64,000 nucleotides of DNA from Macrostomum lignano. Taxonomy: Eukaryota. Where the stretch lies: assembly GCA_002269645.1 (NCBI GenBank), contig NIVC01000630.1:124001-188000 (forward strand), written 5' to 3'. This document shows positions 36,001 through 55,689 of this stretch, piece after piece. Each line of letters starts with the position of its first letter. Within the stretch, counting starts at the first letter, position 1. Made by a program: the position numbers and the translations under genes. Below the pieces are notes generated by a model. The model saw only the letters and a program-made list of their open reading frames with translations. It did not search any database and had not been told where the DNA came from.

Positions 36001-39000
36001 ATAGGGGGGCGAGTCGGGATCATAGATACGGGGGGAGTCGGGATCATAGATAGGGGGCGAGTCGGGATCATAGATAGGGGGGGGCGAGTCGGGATCATAG
36101 ATAGGGGGGCGAGTCGGGATCATAGATAGGGGGGCGAGTCGGGATCATAGATAGGGGGGCGAGTCGGGATCATAGATAGGGGGGCGAGTCGGGATCATAG
36201 ATAGGGGGCGAGTCGGGATCATAGATAGGGGGGCGAGTCGGGATCATAGATAGGGGGCGAGTCGGGATCATAGATAGGGGGCGAGTCGGGATCATAGATA
36301 GGGGCGAGTCGGGATCATAGATAGGGGGCGAGTCGGGATCATAGATCGGGGGCGAGTCGGGATCATAGATAGGGGGCGAGTCGGGATCATAGATAGGGGG
36401 CGAGTCGGGATCATAGATAGGGGGCGAGTCGGGATCATAGATAGGGGGCGAGTCGGGATCATAGATAGGGGGCGAGTCGGGATCATAGATAGGGGGGGGA
36501 GTCAGGATCATAGATCGGGGGCGAGTCGGGATCATAGATAGGGGGCGAGTCGGGATCATAGATAGGGGGGCGAGTCGGGATCATAGATAGGGGGGCGAGT
36601 CGGGATCATAGATCGGGGGCGAGTCGGGATCATAGATCGGGGGCGAGTCGGGATCATAGATAGGGGGCGTGCCTTGCGATTCACAGCCATGAGCTGGGCC
36701 AAAACGGCCAAGGCACAGACTGTACATTCCTGACGATTAGAAAGTCAAAGGGCCGCTGTGTACACCCTGCGTGAGCGTCTGTATGAGTGCGTATCTGCCA
36801 GGTTTCCCGCAGCTCTCCTGCAATTATTGTTTTGTTATTCTGAGGCGACAGACTTGCCTGAGACCGCGAACAAAGACCAGCGAGCCGAACTTCGAGCCCC
36901 TGGTGTGGGTGCCCGCGTAGTCAATGACGCCATCGAACGTAGCCGGCCGCAGGATGGTCTCGCAGCGCATGCACCGGAAGTCCGGATGAGTTGACAGCCA
37001 GTGATTGGCCTGAGCCATCAGCGTGCTGAGCAGTTGGGGAGGGTAAGGATGTGTCAGTGAGTTCGTATTGCACACTTTAAATAAAGTGATCTCTTTTGTT
37101 GTTTGTTCTGCAACCGGCATCTGCTGTGCCTTTCTAATGCACCCTCTTCCACTCACTCCCCCTCTCGCCTCTCTCACTTCCCCTCTCTCCTCTCTCACCT
37201 CCCCTCTCGCCTCTCTCACTTCCCCCTCTCTCCTCTCTCACTTCCCCTCTCTCCTCTCTCACCTCCCCTCTCGCCTCTCTCACCTCCCCTCTCTCCTCTC
37301 TCACTTCCCCTCTCTCCTCTCTCACCTCCCCTCTCTCCTCTCTCACCTCCCCTCTCTCCTCTCTCACTTCCCCTCTCTCCTTTCTCACTCCCCCTCTCTC
37401 CTCTCTCACCTCCCCTCTCTCCTCTCTCACCTCCCCTCTCTCCTCTCTCACTTCCCCTCTCTCCTTTCTCACTCCCCCTCTCTCCTCTCTCACTTCCCCT
37501 CTCTTATCTCTCACTTCCCCTCTCTCCTCTCTCACTTCCCCTCTCTCCTCTCTTACTTCCCTCTCTCCTCTCTCACTTTCCCTCTCTCCTCTCTCACTTC
37601 CCCTCTCTTCTCTCTCACTTCCCCTCTCTCCTCTCTCACCTCCCCTCTCGCCTCTCTCACTTCCCCTCTCTCCTCTCTCACCTCCCCTCTCGCCTCTCTC
37701 ACCTCCCCTCTCTCCTCTCTCACTTCCCCTCTCTCCTTTCTCACTCCCCCTCTCTCCTCTCTCACTTCCCCTCTCTCCACTCTCACTCCCCTCTCTCTCC
37801 TCTCTCACTTCCCCTCTCTCCTCTCTCACTCCCCTCTCTCTCCTCTATCACTTCCCTCTCTCCTCTCTCACTCCCCTCTCTCATCTCTCACTCCCCTCTC
37901 TCATCTCTCACTTCCCCTCTCTCATCTCTCACTTCCCCTCTCTCCTCTCTCACTTCCCCTCTCTCCTCTCTCACTTCCCCTCTCTCCTCTCTCACTTCCC
38001 CTCTCTCCTCTCTCACTTCCCCTCTCTCCTCTCTCACTTCCCGTCTCTCCTCTCTCACCTCCCCTCTCGCCTCTCTCACCTCCCCTCTCTCCTCTCTCAC
38101 TTCCCCTCTCTCCTCTCTCACCTCCCCTCTCTCCTCTCTCACCTCCCCTCTCTCCTCTCTCACTTCCCCTCTCTCCTTTCTCACTCCCCCTCTCTCCTCT
38201 CTCACCTCCCCTCTCTCCTCTCTCACCTCCCCTCTCTCCTCTCTCACTTCCCCTCTCTCCTTTCTCACTCCCCCTCTCTCCTCTCTCACCTCCCCTCTCT
38301 CCTCTCTCACCTCCCCTCTCTCCTCTCTCACTTCCCCTCTCTCCTTTCTCACTCCCCTCTCTCCTCTCTCACTTCCCCTCTCTTATCTCTCACTTCCCCT
38401 CTCTCCTCTCTCACTTCCCCTCTCTCCTCTCTTACTTCCCTCTCTCCTCTCTCACTTTCCCTCTCTCCTCTCTCACTTCCCCTCTCTTCTCTCTCACTTC
38501 CCCTCTCTCCTCTCTCACCTCCCCTCTCGCCTCTCTCACTTCCCCTCTCTCCTCTCTCACCTCCCCTCTCGCCTCTCTCACCTCCCCTCTCTCCTCTCTC
38601 ACTTCCCCTCTCTCCTCTCTCACTTCCCCTCTCTCCTCTCTCACTCCCCTCTCTCTCCTCTATCACTTCCCTCTCTCCTCTCTCACTCCCCTCTCTCATC
38701 TCTCACTCCCCTCTCTCATCTCTCACTTCCCCTCTCTCATCTCTCACTTCCCCTCTCTCCTCTCTCACTTCCCCTCTCTCCTCTCTCACTTCCCCTCTCT
38801 CCTCTCTCACTTCCCCTCTCTCCTCTCTCCCTTACCCTCTCTCCTCTCTCACTTCCTATCTCTCATCTCTCGCTTCCCCTCTCTCCTCTCTCACCTCCCC
38901 TCTCTCCTCTCTTACTTCCCTCTCTCCTCTCTCACTTTCCCTCTCTCCTCTCTCACTTCCCCTCTCTCCTCTCTCACTTCCCGTCTCTCCTCTCTCACCT

Positions 39001-39704
39001 CCCCTCTCGCCTCTCTCACTTCCCCTCTCAACTCTCACTTCCTACCACTCCCGACCACAATCGCTATCAATCTTTTTTCCTCAACTCCCAAACAGTTGTT
39101 TAAACTCACGAGAAAGACTCAAATCTAGGCGATATGTCCAGCCTCTGGTTGCCCTTCTGCTGGCAGATCGGGTAGAACTCCACAGACATCACGTGACTCT
39201 GCGTGCTCTGCATCATGAACCGGGGCGGCGTCGGGTTCTTCTGCGGCACCTGCTGAATCAGCTGCTGAGTGGCTGCGGAGTCGAAAGCAATGGGTTGGGG
39301 AGTCTTGTTGTGTCAAAGGCGAATCTGTAATCCCCTGTCTAAGTTACACAGAGAGTGCACATGCCTGACAGGATTAGAAAGTCAGGGGCGTGTGAGCGTG
39401 TGAGCGTGTGTATGGGCAGAACTCCACCTTGACGTCTACCGAATCTCCCTAGCAACAGAGGGCCGTCTCACTCACGATTCTCATAGACGGGCGGCCCTGG
39501 TACGCTTTCATCATCGGATGAGTCGCTAGACGAAGAACTGGCACCATCGCCAGAATTTTTCACCTGCCCTGGCGCTCTGTTTCGATGCTTCTTCTTCTCC
39601 GATCTGGCCTCCTTTGGGGCCGCGTTCGGCAGGTAGCAGGTGCCGTAGCTGGTCTCCTCAACGCGGACCCCCTCTGGCGGCGGTGCACTTGGTTCGACAC
39701 TCAT
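33076..39704 (-). CDS. Uncharacterised 514-aa protein with four ~90-aa repeats and a C-terminal CaaX motif (SSCCVVL*); exons 39704-39476, 39272-39110, 37025-36858, 35787-35450, 34880-34765, 34671-34608, 34502-34408, 34337-34187, 33397-33271, 33169-33076
   Basis: Ten exons join with consistent phases (1,2,2,1,0,1,0,1,2) into a 1545-nt frame with no internal stop. Eight introns are GT-AG and one is GC-AG. The internal repeat pattern recurs across exon boundaries. Confidence 0.85.
33500..34160 (+). repeat. 22-23-bp minisatellite CGGAGTGACAGATGGTTAAACAT (intronic)
   Basis: Direct reading. Confidence 0.92.
35010..35330 (+). repeat. G-rich ~23-bp array (ggggctaagggggttgggtgttt), intronic
   Basis: Direct reading. 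Confidence 0.85.
35815..36668 (+). repeat. G-rich ~24-bp minisatellite GGGGGCGAGTCGGGATCATAGATA, intronic
   Basis: Direct reading. Confidence 0.93.
37140..39030 (+). repeat. 1.9-kb pyrimidine-rich 21-bp minisatellite CCCCTCTCTCCTCTCTCACTT, intronic
   Basis: Direct reading; source of the 666-686 aa artefact ORFs. Confidence 0.95.
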
Positions 39705-40854
39705 AGCTGAAATCAATTCTGATCTGTTAATTATTTTGTGCTGGCTCTGCGATTTTTTGGCTCCGATAACTGGAGAGGCTGGGGGATGTCTGTGAGGAGT
39801 TTTTGGAAGGATTATAACTGCATTTTCCCCTGCCTTTCCCCCGCTTGTAGCCCTGTGTACTCGCAGGGAAGAGAGGGACTGAGCAATGGCCGGAGGGGGA
39901 CCTACAGAATGGGGCAGAGCCGGCCTGTGTTGTCACTGGCAACGCAGCAGTGTTGGAGGAGCCCTCCACAACAGAAGTGTCCATGGACTGCGCGGCCCAT
40001 GGAGCTTTAAATCTACCCTAAATCTACCCTTATATTCTGTAGATCTCCTTGGCCCATACGGGGTGTATTGTGGCACAATGGGACTGCCAAGCCCCATAAC
40101 CTCAGCCAGTGCAACGTACAGACTGGAGAGGGAAGGAATTAGTTCCTCGCAGGTGAGCTATACCTGAGCCCATTGCAGTATGAGCTATAGGCGCCCTTGG
40201 TTACCAATTCCATGACAACATGCAGGCTTTTACTAAACTCAAAGCCCCAGCACAATGGGCCTGGGGCAGGGAAAAAAAATCAGATTTCAAAGGCTGAATT
40301 CTGGTAGAACAAACGAACTTGTAGTACGAGGGTACCTAGCTGTCAGGAATTTTCCACGAGACAATTGGTTAACGTACTCATAAATGCTTTTTGAGTTAGC
40401 AGAGAATAAAAAAGCGACCATGCTCGTTTTTTTCTACTGATATCAGTATAGTTCTATTCGGTTTTAACTTCAAGTAGAAGAGACAGTTTCAACTCCATTT
40501 TGTCGATGGTCGCAAATTCTGTCACCATGGTTCAATACGCATCGAGTCGGTCCAGCTAAGGTTGTAAAATCCAGCCAATTGTGGCGGCTGCACAATGCTT
40601 TATTTATAATATCGCTCGTAAAATCTGTTGAATCACTGCAATTAAGTTACATGACACCGCTTTTTCTACCTATCTCACTATTCATAGTCTATGGCACAGC
40701 GGTTGAGATCCTCCTGTTCTTATGTCTATGGCCGAAACCTATATTTAAGTCTAAAACGTTTTTGATTCGCTCAGACAGCGGTATTCAATGCTTTTATTCT
40801 ATGGTAAAAACCATACTAAAAATGTGGCGTAGCAATGTGTGGTAGAATAGTAGA

Positions 40855-40899
40855 TAGACTGACAGACAGACAGACACACACACACAGACAGACAGACAC

Positions 40900-40930
<31 letters not shown>

Positions 40931-41032
40931 CACAGACAGACAGACAGACAGACAGACACAGACAGACAGACAGACAGACACACAGACAGACAGGCACACA
41001 GACAGACAGACAGACAGACAGACACAGACACA
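40855..41032 (+). repeat. (GACA)n microsatellite
   Basis: Direct reading. Confidence 0.92.
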
Positions 41033-41823
41033 CTGGGCCTCAGGGTTCCAATTGAGAGCAGAAACGGCAGCTTTGGCAAAGTCAGCAAAATCCGCGTAAT
41101 TCAAACTACCAAATAAAAGTCTTAGAGTCAACGGTGACCCCCGGTGGCCCCCGAGTCCCAATAAAATCTGCCCTCCTCCATCCACCAACAAAATCGGTGC
41201 AATCGTAAATGCATCTATATTGAGCATCAAGTTAAGGCCAGTGCAGCTCAATAAAATGTCGAGCTCCAAAGCATCTCACCATTGCAGGTGGCACAGAGCC
41301 CAACAACTGCTTTTAGCAGCTCCCACCGCATCACAATGCGCATTGTCTGTGCCATCCAATCGAGCTTCTTTAATGAGGGGTGGTTGTGTCATTTCTGCGC
41401 TCCTATGAACAATGCCAATTTGAGATGATGGCTCAGGTTACCATAAATAGGTTAGCAATGATTCTCTTTTTAAAACAAGAAATTACCGTTAAAAAAAGAA
41501 ATTAACTCTTCTTTTTAAATTAAAACTTCCAATTTTTAAAGCTGACATAAGCAAACAGAAGGACCATGAGTCAGTGCTCATCGCCCAACAGCCTTGGTAG
41601 CTCAACCATTCGTAAGACTGCTATTTCATCTCATTCGATAAGAAACTAATCTTCCTTGACAGGGATCTAATCTCACCTGAAAATGATCTAATCTCACTCG
41701 ACAGGGAGCTAATCTCCCTTAAAGTGGATCTAGTCTCCCTTGACAAAGATCTAATCTCACTGACAATGATCTAGTGCTACTTCCTATGTTTCTAATCCCA
41801 AGTTTTCTAACACACCGCTGCAG

Positions 41824-49448
<7,625 letters not shown>

Positions 49449-50717
49449 CTAAGTGGAACAATGTTTTATTTATACATTGCTGCACAATTTTAATCAGATT
49501 TGTTTGTCGAAACTTGCCGCGTGGACATTCGGCATGTTCCCCCCGAGATGTTCGGCCCTTATGTTCAATGACCAACCCACTATGATCAAATGACTTCAAA
49601 AAAGTTAATAACTTTTTTAAGATTTCAAAAGTTTACTACAAGAAAAATATTACATTTTTTGCGTTGGCTACATGCAATATAGTTGCACAATCTATACGGC
49701 ACTGAATTAGCTGGCTATCTGTAGCTAGTAACAACGGGTGCATAAAAAAACATTTTTTGCTGCTGTGATTTTCTGTTTACAAAATAGAGCTCATTCTCCA
49801 TGTAACATTTGCCAAGTAAGCTATGTCTGATTTTGCGCTTTTACGTAAATATATATACGCGTATTGTAAATGTGTGTTGCACTGCTTGCATAGCTAGATT
49901 GGAGACTTTGCCTTTCTGCTAATTGTTAAAAATAAATTATAATGAAAAATTTACAATCATTTCTGCTTTTGTCCGGAGACTCCTGACTAACTGAAATTTA
50001 GTATACTAATGAAACAAATAGAAAGCACAATATTTACTTATTTTATTAATCAATCGAAAAATGAGCATTAGGGGGACATTTTTCATGCAATTGTTACAAC
50101 GGCTCTTTATCAATTGATAATTACCAAACTACCTAATTATCCTATAGCCTATTTCTTTATAAAAATATATTTCTTACAGCTTTAATTAACTATAGTCTAC
50201 TGATAATACGTGGCAAGCCAAATAAACAAAAAATAATTTAAAAAAAAACGAAAGCTAAATAATTCTAGTGCAATTTTTTTTTTCGCGATGAGTCCGATTA
50301 AGTAAAACATTTTATTGCCAGAATTTGCGTTGCCAACGCAGTTTTATTTAATTAACCACCGTTTTAAGTAATAATTGCTACAGTTATATATTTTAAACTG
50401 CATTACAAATGAAAATGAAAATTATAAATGGTAAATTAAAACAGGCAGGTTTTTAAAAATTGATTTCTAACACGTACATGTAAGAACGATCGACAGCATT
50501 TACTCACACATCTTTTTATTAGGTTTCATCAAACAGCTGGATGCGATATTCTCTACTTAAAGTAGCTAGTTTACAATTTGAGGTAATTCGGTTGGCAAAG
50601 CTTCGGTGCGCCATTGAGTGCCAATGTTTGGCGACCGGATCGATTGCAGATAAACAATTTAAACAAATTAAAATTTGTTTTGCGTTCGTTTTGAACATAT
50701 TTGGATCATTTCGCCGA

Positions 50718-51111
50718 TCAGCCAGTTGTCGGCTTCATCAACTCCTGTCTGCCGCCGCAGCTGCCATTGAGGCTGGCAGACGAAGCCAACTCCGCAGAGA
50801 TCTGGTCGGTCAGCCGGTCAAAGGACTGCTCCGCCTGGGCGACAGCATCGCTAAATTCTCTATTAGAGCAGCGCGATGAAGCGCTCAGCTTCCCGTTGCT
50901 AAGCGGCCGATTGGCCGCAACAGTGGAGGATATCGTTGAAGAAGCAGACGGTGTTCCAGGCTGCTGCACTTCCGGCTCGCTGACTTCCTCATCTGGCGCA
51001 GTTCCGGTTTGTTGCTCTTCAAGCAACGGCGAAGAGCTGTGCATCCGCCTCTGCTGCGCCTTGGAAGCAAACAGGTTGCAGACAGGTTCAATAGGATCGG
51101 CCCCCTCTAGC
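50718..51111 (-). CDS. Probable terminal exon of the doublecortin-family gene (Ser/Pro/Glu-rich tail)
   Basis: GC-rich open frame after acceptor ctctctgcag, stop at 50718-50720, AATAAA on the minus strand near 50516-50521. Candidate linking exons (52952-52912, 52265-52200, 51785-51742, 51405-51236) have good splice signals but I could not fix one unique phase chain. Confidence 0.5.
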
Positions 51112-51934
51112 CTGCAGAGAGCTACATTCATACAAAAATCCGGCCAATTAAATATTATTTTATACCGAAAAGCAGACTTCACTTCTCCTGCGCAAATTCT
51201 ACCTTTAAGTAGCAATTTCTCCTTAATAAGGTTACCCCTCTGCAGCGCCACAAGGTGTAGCTGAAACCGTTTCCCAGGTACAGAATTTCCTGCACCGCAG
51301 TGCGCTCAAGTAGCTTGAAAAGCGCAACAATTTCTTTCTAGTTGCATTATGCTCGTGCTCGACACTCTTCGATTTGCCGTTTCTTCTTATTTTGTAGGGA
51401 AATTTCTTAATTGAAAAAAAGAAAAAAACTTCTGGGGCGTTGAGTGGCGAGCCAAGAAACCAAAAAAAAACTGGAACTTCAGCCTCAATTTAAAACCCTG
51501 CGAGTTTCTAAGAAATGCCCAATCGGCTGGTCTCGACGGAGCTCATGAAAAAAATTCATGATTTAAACAGATTTAAACAAATTTAAACAGATTTAAACAA
51601 GGTTTATAGTTTAGTTCAATTCATTATAAAATTGGATCGTAGTTGCTGTATGACCCCTGTGGCCCCTTGTTCAAAAACGGCCCAGTTTTTTGTTAAACTT
51701 AAGTATGACGATAGCGAATGCTACTTCAAATTTTTTCTTACCTTTACCGATGGCGGCTTCAGAGAGACAGCCGGAGTGTCTGGGCCTGAAATGAGAAAAT
51801 TTTGTCGAGTTCAAGTCGAGTTTGCGCGCTTGTTTCTATAGGAAATCAATAGCAATAAGCAGGTGCCTCGGAAAAAAAGCTTTGTCCCCAAGGTGGGGCA
51901 AAAGAGTCCCAGTTTCCAGTCACTAAAAAGAGGA

Positions 51935-52105
51935 TGTTAGCGCCAAAATGGCCAGAATGACTTTAGCGCCAATTTAGCGCCAAAATGGCCAGAATGACTT
52001 CAGCGCCAATTTAGCGCCAAAATGGCCAGAATGACTTCAGCGCCAATTTAGCGCCGAAATGGCCAGAATGACTTCAGCACCAATTTAGCGCTAAAATGGC
52101 AGATA
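51935..52105 (+). repeat. 37-bp repeat GCGCCAAAATGGCCAGAATGACTTCAGCGCCAATTTA (4-5 units)
   Basis: Direct reading. Confidence 0.88.
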
Positions 52106-52424
52106 TGACTTAGCGATAGGATGAGATAGATAGATGCACGATGTTGCAGGTATAACGCATGAAAACTAGAAAGTCATTCTCCATGTCTCGATTTCTCACC
52201 TGTTGAATTGGCTCGAGTGCGGTTGTTATGCTGGGACCTGACGTTGGCGTTGATGAACTTGTTGTCTGCGGGTGAAAAAAACCATTTCGAAAAAAATTAG
52301 AAGTATTAAAAACACTCATATAAACAAATAAAAGCGAGTTAAAAAGCGAGGCTATAGAGCGAGCATGTTTGAATTCCGCGATGATACAAAACATGATGGG
52401 CGATATTATGTAGTATGGGTGAGA

Positions 52425-52765
52425 TGAGACACGATTAGGATGAGATGCGATGAGATTAGATGAGATGAGACACAATGGAATGACGTGAGATAAGACACGA
52501 TGAGAAGAGATGAGACACGATGAGAAGAGATGAGACACGATGAGAAGAGATGAGACACGATGAGAAGAGATGAGACACGATGAGAAGAGATGAGACACGA
52601 TGAGAAGAGATGAGACACGATGAGAAGAGATGAGACACGATGAGAAGAGATGAGACACGATGAGAAGAGATGAGACACGATGAGAAGAGATGAGACACAA
52701 TAAGCAGAGATGAGACACGGTGAGAAGAGATGAGACACGATAAGCAGAGATGAGACACGGTGCAT
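52425..52765 (+). repeat. 20-bp minisatellite GATGAGACACGATGAGAAGA
   Basis: Direct reading. Confidence 0.92.
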
Positions 52766-53389
52766 TACATTACATAAGATGAGATAAAGGACTCTCAGTC
52801 CTGGAAAATTTCTTCATATCAAACTGACCCAGACATTTGCACAGTCTGATTCTGTGACTCCACACAGATATTCACCCGAGTAAACCTGCTCTGACTGACT
52901 ATCTGACTCACTCTCGGCAAAACATAACGCTCAGCAGAGCCTATTACGTAACCTGATAATGCAGCATAAAGTGAGATCTCAGAAGTTGGATCAAGTCCAT
53001 TCTCGATAGTGTTATGCAATAATATTTGAGACTTAAGACACCTCAACGACCTTCCAATGCGGCTTCATATTTTCTCTTAGTTATTGCAATATATAGCTTT
53101 ACTTGTATGTGTCATCGCTAATTTTCTATACCTGGTCGGCTGTTCGATGACGTCATACTAGCATAGGGTCGAATGGAGGTTGGCAGCTGGTTTTGAAAGC
53201 TTTATCCATCTTTGTCAACTATTCTAGGCCACATCACAGAGTCTTAAGTAGGGATCTGCTCAAGAGAATGAATGATCAAAGAGTTGAAGAGGCATCGCGT
53301 GAGTCATTGTGAATAAAGTATTGCTTTTTTGATAGGACTGTATATTGATTTGTAGCCTTAAAAATAGACAACTAACATCTCAAGTCGCA

Positions 53390-54122
53390 GTACACTCTAA
53401 TCATTGGCTAGATTAGCAATCCACTCGAATCATTGGCTAGATTAGCAATCCACTCTAATCATTGGCTAGATTAGCAATCCACTCTAATCATTGGCTAGAT
53501 TAGCAATCCACTCTAATCATTGGCTAGATTAGCAATCCACTCTAATCATTGGCTAGATTAGCAATCCACCCTAATCATTGGCTAGATTAGCAATCCACTC
53601 GAATCATTGGCTAGATTAGCAATCCACCCTAATCATTGGCTAGATTATAGCAATCCACTCTAATCATTGGCTAGATTAGCAATCCACTCTTAACCATTGG
53701 CTAGATTAGCAATTCACTCTAATCATTGGCTAAATTAGCAATCCCCTCGAATCATTGGCTAGATTAGCAATCCACTCTAATCATTGGCTAGATTAGCAAT
53801 CCACTCTAATCATTGGCTAGATTAGCAATCCACTCTAATCATTGGCTAGATTAGCAATCCACTCTAATCATTGGCTAGATTAGCAATCCACCCTAATCAT
53901 TGGCTAGATTAGCAATTCACTCTAATAATTGGCTAGATTAGCAATCCACTCTAATCATTGGCTAGATTAGCAATCCACTCTAATCATTGGCTAGATTAGC
54001 AATCCACTCTAATCATTGGCTAGATTAGCAATTCACTCTAATAATTGGCTAGATTAGCAATCCACTCTAATCATTGGCTAGATTAGCAATTCACTCTAAT
54101 AATTGGCTAGATTAGCAATCCA
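53390..54122 (+). repeat. 29-bp minisatellite TAATCATTGGCTAGATTAGCAATCCACTC, DCX-gene intron
   Basis: About 25 units, with AGCCAAT on the minus strand. Confidence 0.94.
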
Positions 54123-54192
54123 CTTGAATAATATAAAAAAGCACCCAGAATCAATCAATCAAACCATGGCTAATCAATCAAATTTGCCTTAC

Positions 54193-55176
54193 CCTGCTCG
54201 TCCAATACAAAATCAGCATTGTTTAGCTTCTCGTTGCCATAGGCAACAAACACGCTGGCGTCAGCGAAGAAGTCCTCGAGGCAGGCCACCTGTATAGAAT
54301 CCAAAATTTTTGTTTTAATTGATGAATTAAATTAGTTTTAGATTAGTGGGAAAATAACATGTTCTCCACTGCTCAATACTTTAACTATTAAGGTCTCACG
54401 GTGTAACTCCAGCTGACACTCCGTCACTCTAGCTGTCACCTCAGCTGTGCCTTTGTCACTGCTGAGTTTCACTCCCAAGGGGTTTCACTCCCAAGGGGTT
54501 TCACTCCCAAGGGGTTTCACTCCCAAGGGGTTTCACTCCCAAGGGGTTTCACTCCCAAGGGGTTTCACTCCCAAGGGGTTTCACTCACCAGTCTCCTGTC
54601 ATCCAATCTATACAGCCGTCTGACAGCTCCGCCGGGCAGTCGGGCAGCCTGACTGATGTCGGCCATCACTCTGTCGAACGATTTCGCCGTCCGACTGTTG
54701 AGCAGGACTCGAGCTGGGCGGCGTGGCCTCGGCACCCCGCCGCCGGGCAGAATCACGGCGATGCGGCCTCGAGTTGCAGCCGACGCGGATGCTGAAGATG
54801 ACGGAGCTGCTGGCAGCTGCTGCTGCGGGCCATTTCCATTGGCAGCCTTCTGCTTTTTAGCAGCAGCAACTCCATAATTCAGCTTCTTCAGCTGCTCAAA
54901 CGAGGCGCACACGTAGCTGCCGCCTTCGATAAAATCTTGCAAACCTCGAACTCGTCTACCTGTCTGCGCCTCGAACAGGTATCGAACTCCCTGCGGCAGG
55001 ACGTTGCGATTGCACACCGGGCCTCGGGTCAGGTCGTCCAGCAGCGCTTCGAATGTTCGATAGCGCTCTGCAGTCAAGGCCATCTGGAATCCCGAATAGT
55101 GCGAGTCGCCGTTGCGATAAAATCTGACCCGAACGGTGCGTTTTAAGTTTGTCTGCTGCTGCTGCTGCTGCTGCAT
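54193..55176 (-). CDS. Doublecortin-family protein (two DCX domains, DCX/DCLK-like); exons 55176-54589 and 54289-54193
   Basis: VRFYRNGD...RYRTFEALLDDLTR...LPQGVRYLF...EGGSYVCASFEQLKKLNY (DCX1) and RVLLNSRTAKSFDRVMADIS...GAVRRLYRLD|VACLEDFF..VFVAYGNEK (DCX2). The phase-0 junction restores DCX2. Confidence 0.88.
54468..54588 (+). repeat. 16-bp repeat CACTCCCAAGGGGTTT (about 7 units) abutting the DCX exon donor
   Basis: Direct reading. Confidence 0.92.
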
Positions 55177-55689
55177 TCTGGGAAAATACGTTATTGCAGT
55201 CTTTTAATTGTCACAATGAGTTTGTTGTCTCTCCGTCTTACCGAGGCCCTAAAAAACAAGCCGTTCCTATTTTAATTAACTTATGGTCAATGGCTGATGT
55301 TATCGGAGGACTTGCTCGATTCTAATTGGCTGGCGGCTGAGGGGTGGCGGCGGTCTGGGGTGGGGGATGGGGGGACCTAGCTAATAATCAGTTTTGTACG
55401 CAAGCGAAGTGCTGACTTGATTTGGCCTGCGCGGATTGCATCGTGAAATCAAAGGGGTGCCGGCGTACTCTGGGTGGGGGCCTTAAAAATGATGACTGAC
55501 TCAGAACTGCTCATTTTTATGCCCTGGGAGACGCCAAATCTAATATATCTAAAGTAGCAACCCCCCCTCCACCGGCCCTGTCTGTCTGTGGGTATGTAAC
55601 AGGTTATCTCCCAAAAGGCTCAGCTCATTTTTATGCCCTGGGAGACGCCAAATTAACTCTATTTGAGTTGGCACCGAAGCTAACTGTAT

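Noticed and set aside
37068-39128. 686-aa and 666-aa Leu/Ser/Pro ORFs
   Set aside because: Translations of the 21-bp pyrimidine array within an intron of the minus-strand gene.
40799-41269. Minus-strand ORF MELDILLSCTG...
   Set aside because: It starts at TTG, runs into the GACA microsatellite and has no recognisable motif; part of it would be intronic in the tentative small-gene model.
53132-53190. Candidate DCX-gene exon LPTSIRPYASMTSSNSRP
   Set aside because: It needs phase 0 but the preceding confident exon ends in phase 1, and no linking exon was found.
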